A DNA stretch of 64,000 nucleotides from Eledone cirrhosa. Its lineage: Eukaryota. Below the pieces are notes generated by a model, which did no database searches, was not told the origin of the DNA, and was given only the letters and a program-made list of their open reading frames with translations. Shown one piece after another: positions 1 through 14,718 of this stretch (its first letter is position 1; each line of letters opens with the position of its first letter). Location: the NCBI GenBank assembly GCA_964016885.1, contig OZ024740.1:162502001-162566000 (forward strand). The letters run 5' to 3'. A program made the translations under genes and the position numbers.

Positions 1-2460
1 TATCTTCTTGTAAGCGGGTGGCTGGCACTACCTGGTTAATCGTCGTGCTAGAAATAGATGACAGTCTTCCTCAAAACACATCCTATCTTCTTGTAAGCGG
101 GTGGCTGGCTCTACCTGGTTAATCGTCGTGCTAGAAATAGATGACAGTCTTCCTCAAAACACATCCTATCTTCTTGTAAGCGGGTGGATGGCTCTACCTG
201 GTTAATCGTCGTGCTAGAAATAGATGACAGTCTTCCTCAAAACACATCCTATCTTCTTGTAAGCGGGTGGCTGGCTATACCTGGTTAATCGTCGTGCTAG
301 AAATAGATGACAGTCTTCCTCAAAACACATCCTATCTTCTTGTAAGTGGGTGGATGGATCTGCCTGGTTAATCGTCGTGCTAGAAATAGATGACAGTCTT
401 CCTCAAAACACATCCTATCTTCTTGTAAGCGGGTGGCTGGCTCTACCTGGTTAATCGTCGTGCTAGAAATAGATGACTGTCTTCCACAAAACACATCCTA
501 TCTTCTTGTAAGAGGGTGGATGGCTCTACCTGGTTAAGCGTCGTGCTAGAAATAGATGACTGTCTTCCACAAAACACATCCTATCTTCTTGTAAGAGGGT
601 GGATGGCTCTACCTGGTTAAGCGTCGTGCTAGAAATAGATGACTGTCTTCCACAAAACACATCCTATCTTCTTGTAAGAGGGTGGATGGCTCTACCTGGT
701 TAAGTGTCGTGCTAGAAATAGATGACTGTCTTCCACAAAACACATCCTATCTTCTTGTAAGAGGGTGGATGGCTCTACCTGGTTAAGCGTCGTGCTAGAA
801 ATAGATGACTGTCTTCCACAAAACACATCCTATCTTCTTGTAAGAGGGTGGATGGCTCTACCTGGTTAAGCGTCGTGCTAGAAATAGATGACTGTCTTCC
901 ACAAAACACATCCTATCTTCTTGTAAGAGGGTGGATGGCTCTACCTGGTTAATCGTCGTGCTAGAAATAGATGACTGTCTTCCTCAAAACACATCCTATC
1001 TTCTTGTAAGAGGGTGGATGGCTCTACCTGGTTAAGCGTCGTGCTAGAAATAGATGACTGTCTTCCTCAAAACACATCCTATATTCTTGTAAGGGGGTGG
1101 ATGGCTCTACCTGGTTAATCGTCGTGCTAGAAATAGATGACTGTCTTCCTCAAAACACATCCTATCTTCTTGTAAGCGGGTGGCTGGCTCTACCTGGTTA
1201 AGGGTCGTGCTAGAAATAGATGACTGTCTTCCTCAAAACACATCCTATCTTCTTGTAAGGGGGTGGCTGGCTCTACCTGGTTAAGGTTCGTGCTAGAAAT
1301 AGATGACTGTCTTCCTCAAAACACATCCTATCTTCTTGTAAGCGGGTGGATGGCTCTACCTGGTTAATCGTCGTGCTAGAAATAGATGACTGTCTTCCAC
1401 AAAACACATCCTATCTTCTTGTAAGGGGGTGGATGGCTCTACCTGGTTAAGCGTCGTGCTAGAAATAGATGACTGTCTTCTTCAAAACACATCCTATATT
1501 CTTGTAAGGGGGTGGATGGCTCTACCTGGTTAATCGTCGTGCTAGAAATAGATGACTGTCTTCCTCAAAACACATCCTATCTTCTTGTAAGGGGGTGGAT
1601 GGCTCTACCTGGTTAATCGTCGTGCTAGAAATAGATGACTGTCTTCCTCAAAACACATCCTATCTTCTTGTAAGGGGGTGGATTGCTCTAGCTGGTTAAT
1701 CGTCGTGCTAGAAATAGATGACAGTCTTCCTCAAAACACATCCTATCTTCTTGTAAGGGGGTGGATGGCTCTACCTGGTTAATCGTCGTGCTAGAAATAG
1801 ATGACTGTCTTCCTCAAAACACATCCTATCTTCTTGTAAGGGGGTGGATGGCTCTACCTGGTTAATGGTCGTGCTAGAAATAGATGACAGTCTTCCTCAA
1901 AACACATCCTATCTTCTTGTAAGGGGGTGGATGGCTCTACCTGGTTAATCGTCGTGCTAGAAATAGATGACAGTCTTCCTCAAAACACATCCTATCTTCT
2001 TGTAAGGGGGTGGATGGCTCTACATGTTAATCGTCGTGCTAGAAATAGATGACAGTCTTCCTCAAAACACATCCTATCTTCTTGTAAGGGGTTGGATGGC
2101 TCTACCTGGTTAATCGTCGTGCTAGAAATAGATGACAGTCTTCCTCAAAATACATCCTATGTTTTTGTAAGCGGGTGGATGGCTCTACCTGGTTAATGGT
2201 CGTGCTAGAAATAGATGACTGTCTTCTTCAAAACACATCCTATCTTCGTGTAAGCGGGTGGATGGCTCTACCTGGTTAATGGTCGTGCTAGAAATAGATG
2301 ACAATCTTCCTCAAAACACATCCTATCTTCTTGTAAGGGGGTGGATGGCTCTGCCTGGTTAATCGTCGTGCTAGAAATAGATGACAATCTTCCTCAAAAC
2401 ACATCCTATGTTTTTGTAAGGGGGTGGATGGCTCTACCTGGTTAATCGTCGTGCTAGAAA
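1..2460. repeat. 83-bp tandem satellite, about 29-30 copies, continuing off the left edge
   Basis: Unit TATCTTCTTGTAAGCGGGTGGCTGGCTCTACCTGGTTAATCGTCGTGCTAGAAATAGATGACAGTCTTCCTCAAAACACATCC recurs every 83 bp with few substitutions. Confidence 0.97.
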
Positions 2461-3004
2461 TACAACAACAATGCCATGAACATCAACAACTACAACAACA
2501 ACAACAATGCCATGAACATCAACAACTACAACAACAACGACAACAATGCCATGAACATCAACAACTACAACAACAACAACAACAACAACAACAATGTCAT
2601 GAACATCAACAACAACAACAACAATGCCATGAACATCAACAACAACAACGACAACAATGCCATGAACATCAACAACTACAACAACAACAACAACAACAAC
2701 AACAATGTCATGAACATCAACAACAACAACAACAATGTCATGAACATCAACAACAACAACAACAATGCCATGAACATCAACAACAACAACAACGCCATGA
2801 ACAACAATAACAACAGCAACAACAATGTCATGAACATCAACTACAACAACAACAACGCCATGAACAACAACCACAACAACAACAACAACAACAACGTCTA
2901 CTACAACAACTACAACAACAACAACAATGTCATGAACATCAACTACAACAACCACAACAATGCCATGAACATCAACATCAACAACAACAACAACAACATC
3001 TACT

Positions 3005-3037
<33 letters not shown>

Positions 3038-3093
3038 ACATCTACTACAACAACATCTACAACAACAACAACAACAACTACAACAACAACAAC
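2461..3093. repeat. (CAA)n microsatellite punctuated by a recurring TG(C/T)CATGAACAT motif
   Basis: Seen directly; source of the Q-, N- and V-rich ORFs. Confidence 0.95.
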
Positions 3094-3592
3094 AGTCACA
3101 CAAAGATACCAACGTTGATATTGAGAATGACATCAACAAGAGCAAAGCTACAATTGTTGAAAAAAAAAAATAAATATAAATGAAAAGTAAAAGTTACGAC
3201 TCTGACGATGTCTACAATCCAAGGTTCTCTACAATTATTCTAATCATCCTATACCCATTAACGTTTTGGTTTAATGTCACAGCAATTTCAGCGTTCGGTC
3301 TCTACCCGACATGTAGTGTGTTGACACTCAACAGTGATCTCAATATAAACTACTCGTTGTTGTTGCTATGGTGGTGGTTGTAGTGATGGTGGTGGTTCTG
3401 GCGATGGTGATGCTAGTTGATCCAATAGATGTTCAATGTTATAATTCATTCTGAAGTAGCTGAATGGCTTCAGCTGAAGTGGACAGAGATATAAACTGAT
3501 GGAGACAACTTTTAATGTGATGGCCGTGGTTGTGAGGGGAGAGTTTGGTAGAGAGGAATTTACATTTGGAATATGAGTTCATCTTAAATAAT

Positions 3593-3762
3593 AATTGTTT
3601 CTACTTTTGGCACAAGGCCAGCAATTACCTCAGTGCATTACTGGTGCTTTCTTTTATCGACCCGGTAAGGATGAAAGGCAAAGTTAGCCTCAGCCGGATT
3701 TGAACTCTGATTATAAAAGGGCCGTAACTCTATGCAGCAAAGCATGGCGTCCGACCCTCTAC
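3593..3762 (-). mobile_element. tRNA-derived SINE, main family; a second partial copy follows at about 3772-3840
   Basis: Matches the family seen at 19164, 22362, 28981, 34122, 45087 and 47513. Confidence 0.85.
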
Positions 3763-4373
3763 AAATTTTTGATATCGTCCCGTAAGGATGATAGGCAAAG
3801 CTAACTTCGGCGAGATTTGAACTCAGAATATAAAGGGCTGTTCAATAATAATAATAATCTAAAGTCTTTAAGGTTTAAACAAGCATAGGTCAAACACTGT
3901 ACGGAAATTGTGAAATGAAAAGAACATATGAACTATCAAGCAATCAACAGAGAATGAAAAATTGTTGGTGCTTAAACATTTGGGGGTACATCACGAAAAG
4001 TACAGACACAACAGATAGAAATATTAATGGAAATAATACTGTAGGGTACAACAAAGATAGACAAACATAAAGTATAGATATATAAAGTCGATAAGTGCTG
4101 TTGTGGTTAGATTCCCTGTCGTTAGACAAGATATACGGACAGACGACTAATAAGCGATAACTGTGAAAAGGAAGAAAGATTGTTTGCTGCGTGGATATAT
4201 GTCATAGCAACATTGTGTATGAAAGACAGAGAGCCAGAGAGAGAGAGTGATAGAGAATGAGAGGGGAGACAGAGAGACAGAGAGAGGTAAGAAGATATCA
4301 AAGCATTAGTGAACATTACTACTTTCCAGTCTATAACGAAGTGGCTGTTAATTCATCATGAATTTTATTAGGA

Positions 4374-4503
<130 letters not shown>

Positions 4504-4582
4504 TGATGAGCAGAACAAACAAACATTAAACAATCCTTTAAATGAATTAAAAAAATGATTCAAATATCTACCTGTTCATAAT

Positions 4583-4661
4583 GCTATTACCGGCGGTTTC
4601 CATTTACAAAAGATTAGAAATTCAGAGAATTTCCAACGGAAAGTAAATTTCATCAGATAGC
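4583..4661 (-). ncRNA. Hammerhead ribozyme with extended stem II
   Basis: GCUAU-CUGAUGA-AAUUUAC...GUAAAUG-GAAA-CCGCCGG-UA-AUAGC; stems I, II and III pair. Confidence 0.8.
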
Positions 4662-4858
4662 TATTTTCATTCTATAGGACTTAAGTCCCACGGTCTGCAA
4701 ATATAATGCCAACTACCAGCTCGTATGAGTTATGGCCGTTAAAGTGACCCACACGTGAACCGGCCGCTAGTGAAAGCGGAAATATTACAGACTTGTTGAT
4801 GGCTTTCCTGCTAAAAAATAGCAGTAAGCAACAACGTATGTCCTATAGAATGGAAATA

Positions 4859-4937
4859 GCTAACTGATGAAATTTACTTTCCGTTGGAAATTCTCTGAAT
4901 TTCTAATCTTTTGTAAATGGAAACCGCCGGTAATAAC
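4859..4937 (+). ncRNA. Hammerhead ribozyme, inverted copy with two stem I mismatches
   Basis: GCUAA-CUGAUGA...GAAA-CCGCCGG-UA-AUAAC. Confidence 0.65.
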
Positions 4938-5125
4938 ATTATGAACAGGTAGATATTTGAATCATTTTTTAATTTATTTATAGGATTGTTTAATGTTTGT
5001 TCTGCTCATCAATTTTTATAGTTCTGGTATCTCGAATTAGTACCATAGAACAACAATTATATTATAGACACCCTATATATCTCTATGGGTACTTAGTACT
5101 CAGTGAGATATTTACCTCATTTATA

Positions 5126-5212
<87 letters not shown>

Positions 5213-5349
5213 AAGGTTAAACAAGGTTCAATGAATAAATCAAAGAATTAGTTTTACAATAGATTGGAAGCACTCAACGAGATGGTTTTCCGGAGTTATT
5301 AATATTAATTCAAAATATTAACAAAAATAGAACTTCTTGTGATCAAGTA

Positions 5350-5416
5350 TATTTTATTATACATATTTCAGAGGTACTGAGCTAACTTCAACAGTACGTC
5401 CTCATCAGATAAAATA
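5350..5416 (-). ncRNA. Minimal PLE-type hammerhead ribozyme
   Basis: UAUUUUAU-CUGAUGA-GGACGUACUG...CAGUACCUCU-GAAA-UAUGUA-UA-AUAAAAUA; 8-bp stem I. Confidence 0.82.
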
Positions 5417-5657
5417 AGCTGATGCATGACATACCCTGACATAGTAGATGGTTAAATCCAATCATGGTAGTGAGTAATATATGACAAAACTCAATATTTA
5501 TATACCTTAAGATTGAGACATGAAAAAACTTACATGTAATACATATAATACAGAGGGTGCGTGTAAGAAAGCTTGAAAATACATAACAGTAATTTACATA
5601 ACTGTTAGAGATTCAAATAATTATTGAAGAAAGAGGAAAGAAAAAAAGAAAACTATA

Positions 5658-6871
5658 ATTGAATTCTTTAAAAATTACGACCTTAAATTAGAAGTTGAAA
5701 GTAGTACCAAAATAATTAATTTCCTTGACGTTACCCTGAACTTAAACTCAGGTTTTTATTACGCTTTCCATAAGCCCAATGAAAACTTAAACTACGTTAG
5801 CTATTACTCTAATCACCCTAAATCTGTGAAAAACGCAATAGTCAATAGTGTACAGAAACGCATAACTAGAATATCCGCTAATAAATCCATATTTGATGAA
5901 AAAGCAGGATATTATAATGACGCGCTACGAAAGGCAGGTTATAAAAATAATATAGAATATATGGATAATAATTTGAATTATAATCCTAATAAGATTAACA
6001 TGTATAAACGAGATTCTAAAAATGTTAATACAAACACCACTACCGTGGATAAATCGGGAAAAATATCAGAACTAAATCAGTTATATGGTTGCCCCCACCC
6101 CCGGCTTCTGTAGCAATAAAAACTCCACTCGCAAATCTATTCTTTAAAGCTTTAGATAAATCCTTCCCCATTCAACATAAATACCGTTCCATATTTAACA
6201 GATACACAATTAAGCTTTCTTATTCTACAACTATGAATATGGCCCAGAACATCGCTAAAATAAATAGTAGAATTCTAAATCAACATACAATTAACGATAA
6301 TGAATATAATAACACTACCAATATTAATACTAGAAATAACAATAACATCACAATCAATAGAACATTTTGGAGTACTAATAATGTTAATGCAAATAGTACA
6401 ATTTATAGTAATAACAATAAATCGAAATGTAATTGTAGAAATAGACCAGATTGCCTTCTGCAAAATAACTTTCTGGATAGCAATCTGGTATATAAATGCA
6501 CCGTAAAAGTAAATAACATCACATACAACTATATAGGTGCAACTTCTTCGACATTTAAATCAAGATTTGCGAATCACAAATACTCTTTTTCGAATCCTAA
6601 TAGGAAATCTTTGACTTCTTTATCACAACTTATATGGTCATTAAAAGACAAAAACTTAAAATACTCGATTTCTTGGGCGAAGTTGTGTAATAGTAGAATT
6701 TATTTGAATTCTTCAATATCACCTAACTGCAACCTCTGTACCATGGAGACCCTTTTAACAATTACTAATTATGAAAATTTAATTAACAAAAAAGTGAATT
6801 ATTCTCAAACTGCCTTCATAAAGCTTTATCTACATTCCAAGCCTCGCAAAAGGTCAGGAAAAAAACACTAA
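5658..6871 (+). pseudogene. PLE RT thumb plus GIY-YIG endonuclease, frameshifted near 6085 and near 6790
   Basis: Motifs INFLDVTLNL, KPN..L.YV..YSNHP, FNRYTIKLSYS, CNCR, LVYKC...YIGATSSTFKSRF..H, CNLC..E. Confidence 0.88.
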
Positions 6872-8733
6872 ATAAACAGGTTCTAATTTTTGACGTCTCT
6901 TATCAACTGTGTACCTAAAACGTTATACCAGATTATAAAACTTTAATAATTTTTATTTTTTATTCTTTTATGATATGATTAATGTTAGATTAAAGGGTTC
7001 TGTTTAGGTATATAAACATATTATTTGTTAACATGATCTCTTGAGGAATGTGCATATCTTTTGATTGTTAAGATATATTTAATTTTTGACTGGGATTCTT
7101 GTATATTTTTTTAATATATGGCTTATACGCTTAACAATTATAATGTACCGTAAATCATTAATGCATTTATGTTTTTGTATATTTATTCATTTGGAATATG
7201 TTTTACGATTCAGGAAGTTTGATTTATATATTTTTATTTATATATATTTACGGTATATGCGTCACACACCATACTAGTCGACAACCCTTTTTCACTTAAC
7301 TTGATGTAAAACTTCAATTATAACATTACTAACAATGATTGTTCTAATTATTTATTATATGTATATCGATCACTAATATCTGGAATACTCTATTTATATT
7401 TGAACAAATCTGTATATCTAGTATAATAACATGCATCTAGTTACATTTATAAGTACTTTAAATACTTTAATGACTTTCTAGTGTTATAATCGTTAAATAT
7501 TTTTTTAATATTTTCTAAATTTTCTAAGTTATATAACGATTATTATTGATAAGTACTTTAGATACTTTAATGATTTTCTAGTGTTATAATCGTTAAATAT
7601 GTTCTAAATATTTTCTAAATTTTCTAAGTTATATAACGATTATTATTTTATTTTATTTTATTAAATTTGGGTTACCTTCGGGTCAATGATATCCTTAGAC
7701 TTTCTCTTTCTCATGTTTGCAGACACATTATACTACTATATAAATTTATAAAAAATTTAAGATCGCAGACAATTCACTTTTTTACTTTGAATCAGATTCT
7801 TATCCGTATGATTCACGAAGTTTGACTTGTATATTTATAGTATATATGTGTTACATGACCTTATTATAATAATTGATCTAAAACCTTAATTTTTAACAAT
7901 ATTATCAGTAACTTATTTATTGTATTATATTATGATATATATAACTGATAGGTATCATCTTAATCTTTAGACAATATAATCTTTGTCTATATTTAGACAA
8001 ATGCATATATCTAATTTAATAATACATTTTTTAAGTTTAATTATAAGGCCTTTTGATGCTTTAAGGCATTCTAATTGTTAATCTTAATTTTTAAAATTAT
8101 AACTGTAATTATTTTATAAATTATATAATGCGAATTATCTTCAATATAATATAAATAATTAAATATATTATAATAAAATTAATAAAAATTACCTTCGTGA
8201 GGATGAAAATAGCATGTCTTCTTTCTCATGTTTGCAAATAGTTTAAATATGAATTCATAAAATATGATTTTATAAATTAAATATGATAGTATACTTTAAT
8301 ATTAATACAGATATTTATAAACTTTTATAGCCTGAAATATTATACACTTTGATTAATTCATTACTCTGAACTAACTTAAATGATTTGAAAGTTAACGGTC
8401 AACCGGATACGTTTGGATAGTATATATAACTAATTAACTAAGGAAATTAATCTTTATTAATTACACCCAGTTATATTTAGGATTTAGATTGATGAATATT
8501 TCTAGATAATTCAATAATTCAAAGATTCGAGTTTACTCTATCGCAGATCTATGCCCAAATGTATAGTTATGTATAGATATATATAATTCATCCCTCCCTA
8601 TAATTATTCCTCTTTGTCTCTCTTTCCTTGATCAATTCTCTTTTGCTCTCTATACCTCTACTAGCTATATTTTCCCCTCATCTGTTTTCTCTCTGTCTTT
8701 CTTTTTTTCTTTCCTCTTTCTTCAATAATTATT

Positions 8734-8915
8734 TGTCTCGATTTAAAATAATAAATCAATAAAAACAAACCTATATTGGCAAAAGCACAGAAATAGGAAC
8801 TTTCACTTAATTGTTGCAAAACAAATTTGAAATTTGGAATTTAAATTTGCCCAGGTATCACGGCTTTTGCCAATATAGTTTTGTTTTTATTGATTTATTA
8901 TTTTAAATCGAGACA
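8734..8915. repeat. Short inverted repeat with arms of about 53 bp
   Basis: TGTCTCGATTTAAAATAATAAATCAATAAAAACAAA..CTATATTGGCAAAAGC and its reverse complement at about 8863-8915. Confidence 0.85.
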
Positions 8916-9024
8916 GGCAAACCGTATTATTTTAATTAGTATTTTTCATTCTAGCTAACTTGGTCATTTGCAATACGAACACATGTATACTCGTATCAGT
9001 GTTTATCCCTATCATATATTCATT

Positions 9025-9077
<53 letters not shown>

Positions 9078-9327
9078 GACGAGGTTATAGAAATAAGCAG
9101 TTGCCCAAACTCTAGTTGCGAAGCGAACATTTAAAACTAAACAGCTATGTCCACACATATAAAATGTATAATTTTACCTTATACGATATGACATGATGTA
9201 AGAAATATTCATTTTTAGTATTTTGTATCCCCACCCCCACTCTCAAATGCGTGAATCTAATAAACCTTTATTTGTCTGCTTCTCTGTTTTGTTCCCGTCT
9301 AAATTTGCACTATATATATATGTATAT

Positions 9328-9433
<106 letters not shown>

Positions 9434-9480
9434 GGTATATATATATAATATATATATATATAATATATATATATAATGAA

Positions 9481-9597
9481 GGCGTGTGGCTGAGTGGTTA
9501 GAGAATTGGATTCGCAATCGTGAGGTTGTGAGTTCGATTCCTGGACCAGGCGATGCGTTATGTCCTTGAGCAAGACACGTTATTTCACTTTGCTCCT
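9481..9597 (+). mobile_element. 5' part of a second tRNA-derived SINE family
   Basis: A box TGGCTGAGTGG, B box GAGTTCGATTCC, then TGTCCTTGAGCAAGACAC, a core shared with the copies at about 21900 and 33570. Confidence 0.75.
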
Positions 9598-10340
9598 TCT
9601 ACCTGGAGTTGCGACCGATAGATAGTATTAGCAATTGGAAAGACCAACGGAAACATTGTTTCCTCGGTCCGATTTGACGAAAGTCGATCGTTCCTTTAAT
9701 ATATATAATATATATATAGAGAGAGAGTGTGTGTGTGTGTGTGAAAGACCCAAGTGGCATTGCTTCCGGTCTATTTATTCAGTGTCGTTGAACATGGCAA
9801 AACAAAGTGTTATCCTTTTATAGAAATACTACTATTCTTTTATGGAATTGTACTGTTTAAGCCTTGCCTCAAGCGACATAAAGAAAACAAGTGTTACGAC
9901 ACTTAATTAGTCTCTGGAGTATATAACATGATGTTTGGATACTTAACCAAAGTAGTTACTAATCTTAGGTTTCCTTCGGTCACTGCTGCCTAATCTAATG
10001 CACCAATAAATACGTTAAAGCTGTATCGGGTTCAAATGTTGCCACCCCCGGTCATTTATTACCCATTCTTCTTATTTATTCATATATAATTTTATTTATA
10101 GATATTTCCTCCTTTTTTCTTTCTTAAACGATTATAATGAAAATACTGAAATGTATATGTTACAAAAACAACTAATGAAATTTTCCCCACTATATTTGTT
10201 AAACGATATTCAGAAAAACTGTTTCAATATTGCTTATAAAGGATACAAAATAAATTGAAATATAATGAACACTTGTTTTGTTTCCGCAGAGTGTATTTAA
10301 TACTACACACACACACACACACACATACACACACACACAC

Positions 10341-10410
<70 letters not shown>

Positions 10411-10411
<1 letters not shown>

Positions 10412-10795
10412 AAACGAAGGAGTTGTGGTAAGGAACCAGATGGACAATAACGCACCAGAGTACTCAATACTTAGGGTAGTAGAGTGGGTGATAGGAAAAA
10501 GTATGATCAACGGCTATTTCTATCCAGAAATACCCGTCAAAACGGCTTGAGCTCTGCCGTCGGGGGTCATACTTTTTCCTATATATATATATATTTCCTA
10601 ATAGGAAAAAGTATGACCCCGACGGCAGAGCTCAAGCCGTTTCGACGGCTATTTCTAGTCCAGAAATAGCCGTCGAAACGGCTTGAGCTCTGCCGTCGGG
10701 GTCATACATTTTCCTATTACCCACTCTACTACCCTAAGTATTGAGTACTCTGGTGCGTTATAGTCCATCTGGTTCCTTGCCACAATTCCTTCGTT
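10411..10795. mobile_element. Nested fold-back of an HHR-derived tail family (also at 16821-17023, 17920-18070, 43438-43627)
   Basis: Inverted arms; hairpin GACGGCTATTTCT..AGAAATAGCCGTC followed by GAAACGGC..GCCGTC; flanked by TA runs. Confidence 0.85.
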
Positions 10796-10871
10796 ATATA
10801 TATTTCCTAATATATATATATAAAATAAAGTTAAATAAAAGTCAAATGATTAAAATTTAGCTTCGTTTATT

Positions 10872-10926
10872 ACTGCTATATATATTTCAGTGACAGCCAT
10901 CTTTGGCTGTGACCTCTTCAGGCAGT
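10872..10926 (-). ncRNA. Minimal PLE-type hammerhead ribozyme
   Basis: ACUGC-CUGAAGA-GGUCACAGCC..GGCUGUCACU-GAAA-UAUAUA-UA-GCAGU, followed by AAUAAA. Confidence 0.82.
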
Positions 10927-11100
10927 TTGAATTAGTATGGTATAGACAAGTACATATGTTGTTTAGGTGTATAATATTGTCAATACTCTGATATGCCCAG
11001 TTCCTTGTTTGGTTGTTAATTCACTGAGGAACTGGAGTCATATGACTCCAGTTCCTATATGTGCTATTAGAGGAATTTGTTTTAACTACACAAGCATAAA

Positions 11101-11481
11101 CGATGTAAAACAAATTCCTCTAATAGCACATATATAGGCTCTACGTCTAACACTTTTAAGACTAGGTTTAATTCTCATATCTCTAATTTTAAACATGTTA
11201 AGTTTAAGAATTCTACTTCTTTAGCACACCATATCTGGTATCTTAAGGGGGCTAATATACCATATCGCCTTAATTGGCGAATAGTAGCACGCTCTAATAA
11301 CCTTTCAACACATACTAAATTTTGTAATCACTGTATCCTTGAGACCCACTCTATAATTTTCTCTAGGGAAACCTTACTTAATAGAAAGTCTGAGATATTC
11401 TCTTCTTGCCCCCACGCCATTTCAAATTCTTACTTTTATTATAAACCTAAAAGTTCTAGTAGTGTAAATTGTATCCATTAG
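11101..11481 (+). pseudogene. PLE GIY-YIG endonuclease C-terminal fragment (not in the ORF track)
   Basis: Translates to RCKTNSSNSTYIGSTSNTFKTRFNSH..F...STSLAHHIWYLK...W.I......FCNHC.LE..LLNRKSEIFSSCPH; homologous to 6490-6820; small 5' fold-back at about 11057-11134. Confidence 0.85.
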
Positions 11482-13220
11482 CTGCTATATTCCCTTATCT
11501 TTTTAGTTTAGGTTCATTTTGTTTACCACCATCATTATCATTATTATTATTATTGGTTTTTAACAGCTTTTCATTCTAGTTTTCATAGTCCTTTGGCTAC
11601 CATACCATATCTATATTATATTTTCACTATTAACACATTATGCGTTTATATCTGATTATATATTTTATTTTATATTATTTTATTTTATTTTATTTGGATT
11701 CTTCTTTGGATAATTAACCCCCCCCCCACACACACACACACTTGTCATTCGCCCCTTCAAATATACTATAAATATATTCAATTCCCTTTTATGCTCCTTT
11801 CTATTGTATAATACAGTATATTGATTATGATTTTATGCTCCTTCGTATCCTCCATACATTTCTTTTTTCTGTCCCCATTGGCCTACCATAATTCTACTTA
11901 AAGTCCGTTTATTAGATGACGTTATTCAACTGATAGTAAAATATTTCATTCTTTTCCAGATATTTTTATAGTGATATCTTAAACTTTGGAGTTTTTGATT
12001 ACTTAAACCATAGCTAATTTTGTATTGACTTATTATGTATTTTAAATACTTTCAATATTAATTAATTTAATAGGGTTTTCTAGTCATTTATCCGGGTTTG
12101 TTTCCTAAATTTTTTACTTAACTGCATGTAACACCTAAGTAAATACTTTTGTTTTTGTTTTTCGATTTCTGGTTGATTTTATTTATATATTTATACTACC
12201 GTGCGTAGTTTTCTGTCTGGTTCTTATTCACTTATTCACAAATGTCTGTCCACCAACCACGTAATTATGTATATTATACTATGTTCAATATTTTATATTG
12301 AAATTTTTATATCATTCCACTCTTTGTAAACGTACTACTGATCTTTATTATTCACCGATTATTAAATGTACCATTATGTTATGTTAAATTTTGTAAATTC
12401 TGTAATATATTTATATTTTTATAATTTTTGTAATGTTTGGATAATATTTATTTACACCAATTGTAGAGAAATGTGACTCCATCCGTTTTCTTGCAATGGT
12501 CTTGATATTTTTCCAACATTATTTTTCCAACATAATTTAGTTCTGTACAATATTTTTTCTCACCCGGTCTGTAACTCTATATGATTTGTTAAGTTATATG
12601 CCATTATATTATAATATTGTTATTATAGTGTTATTGTAACATTTATATTGTCTGTGCAAATTAACCGGAGATTATCTATTATATAATTATATAGTTTATT
12701 ATATATTATACGTTTACTTTTAATCATTTCTTCTTCATTTTATACTGTAAATAATATATGTATTATATTTTTATTTTTATTCTTATTATTCTTATTATTC
12801 TTATTTATTTATATTTAAACTCTTAATAAGGGTTAGTTTGTGCTTGTATTGATGGAAATGTGTATTGATATATATGTATATATGTGTACATATGTATATA
12901 TATATATATGTATATTGGGCCTTTTAATATTATTACTATTACTATCATTATCAATTATATTATATTATATTATATTATATTATATTATATTATATTATAT
13001 ATAGTACAATAATTCCCGCTCTATATCACCACCTTTGTTTAGTTTTAGTTTTTGCATTGGACTATATTTGTAATATGGTTCAAAATGTTATTCACTTCCT
13101 TAGTAATTTTTACTTGATAATTTTTACCCGATAATTTTCCTATGCTTTAATGTATGTACACTCCATATTCTTCTGAGTTTTTTGGATTGTATTGGCCGAT
13201 ATTGCTTCTTATAGCTTTAA

Positions 13221-13262
13221 TTGCCCTGATGAGTCCTTAATAGGACGAAACATTGTTGGCGA
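13221..13262 (+). ncRNA. Minimal PLE-type hammerhead ribozyme
   Basis: UUGCC-CUGAUGA-GUCCU-UAAU-AGGAC-GAAA-CAUUG-UU-GGCGA overlapping AAUAAA. Confidence 0.88.
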
Positions 13263-13305
13263 ATAAAGACTTTTGATGTATTGAAGGCTTCTTTGGTTTA
13301 TTTTC

Positions 13306-14602
<1,297 letters not shown>

Positions 14603-14718
14603 GAGAATTTAGTATGTCTACTAACATATGCGTACAGATGTACACTAATGCCAGCAAATACATAAGTTATGTCATAGTACCTAGGTGGTTCAATGCAGGA
14701 GGATGCAGAACAATAATA

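Larger units (their letters stand above)
5210..8733 (+). mobile_element. 5'-truncated Penelope-like retroelement with an inverted 3' tail placed upstream
   Basis: RT C-terminus plus GIY-YIG coding region; about 5617-5650 is the reverse complement of about 8698-8733; HHR in the inverted part; AT-rich 3' region with a ~101-bp tandem duplication near 7448-7645. Confidence 0.8.

Noticed and set aside
1-2460. CRISPR-like array
   Set aside because: Units are contiguous and near-identical with no unique spacers; eukaryotic context and no cas genes.
2424-3183. Q/H-, N- and V-rich ORFs
   Set aside because: A CAA microsatellite open in several frames on both strands; no splice or domain evidence.
9481-9550. 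tRNA gene
   Set aside because: Runs directly into SINE core sequence and has a poor acceptor stem; treated as a SINE head.
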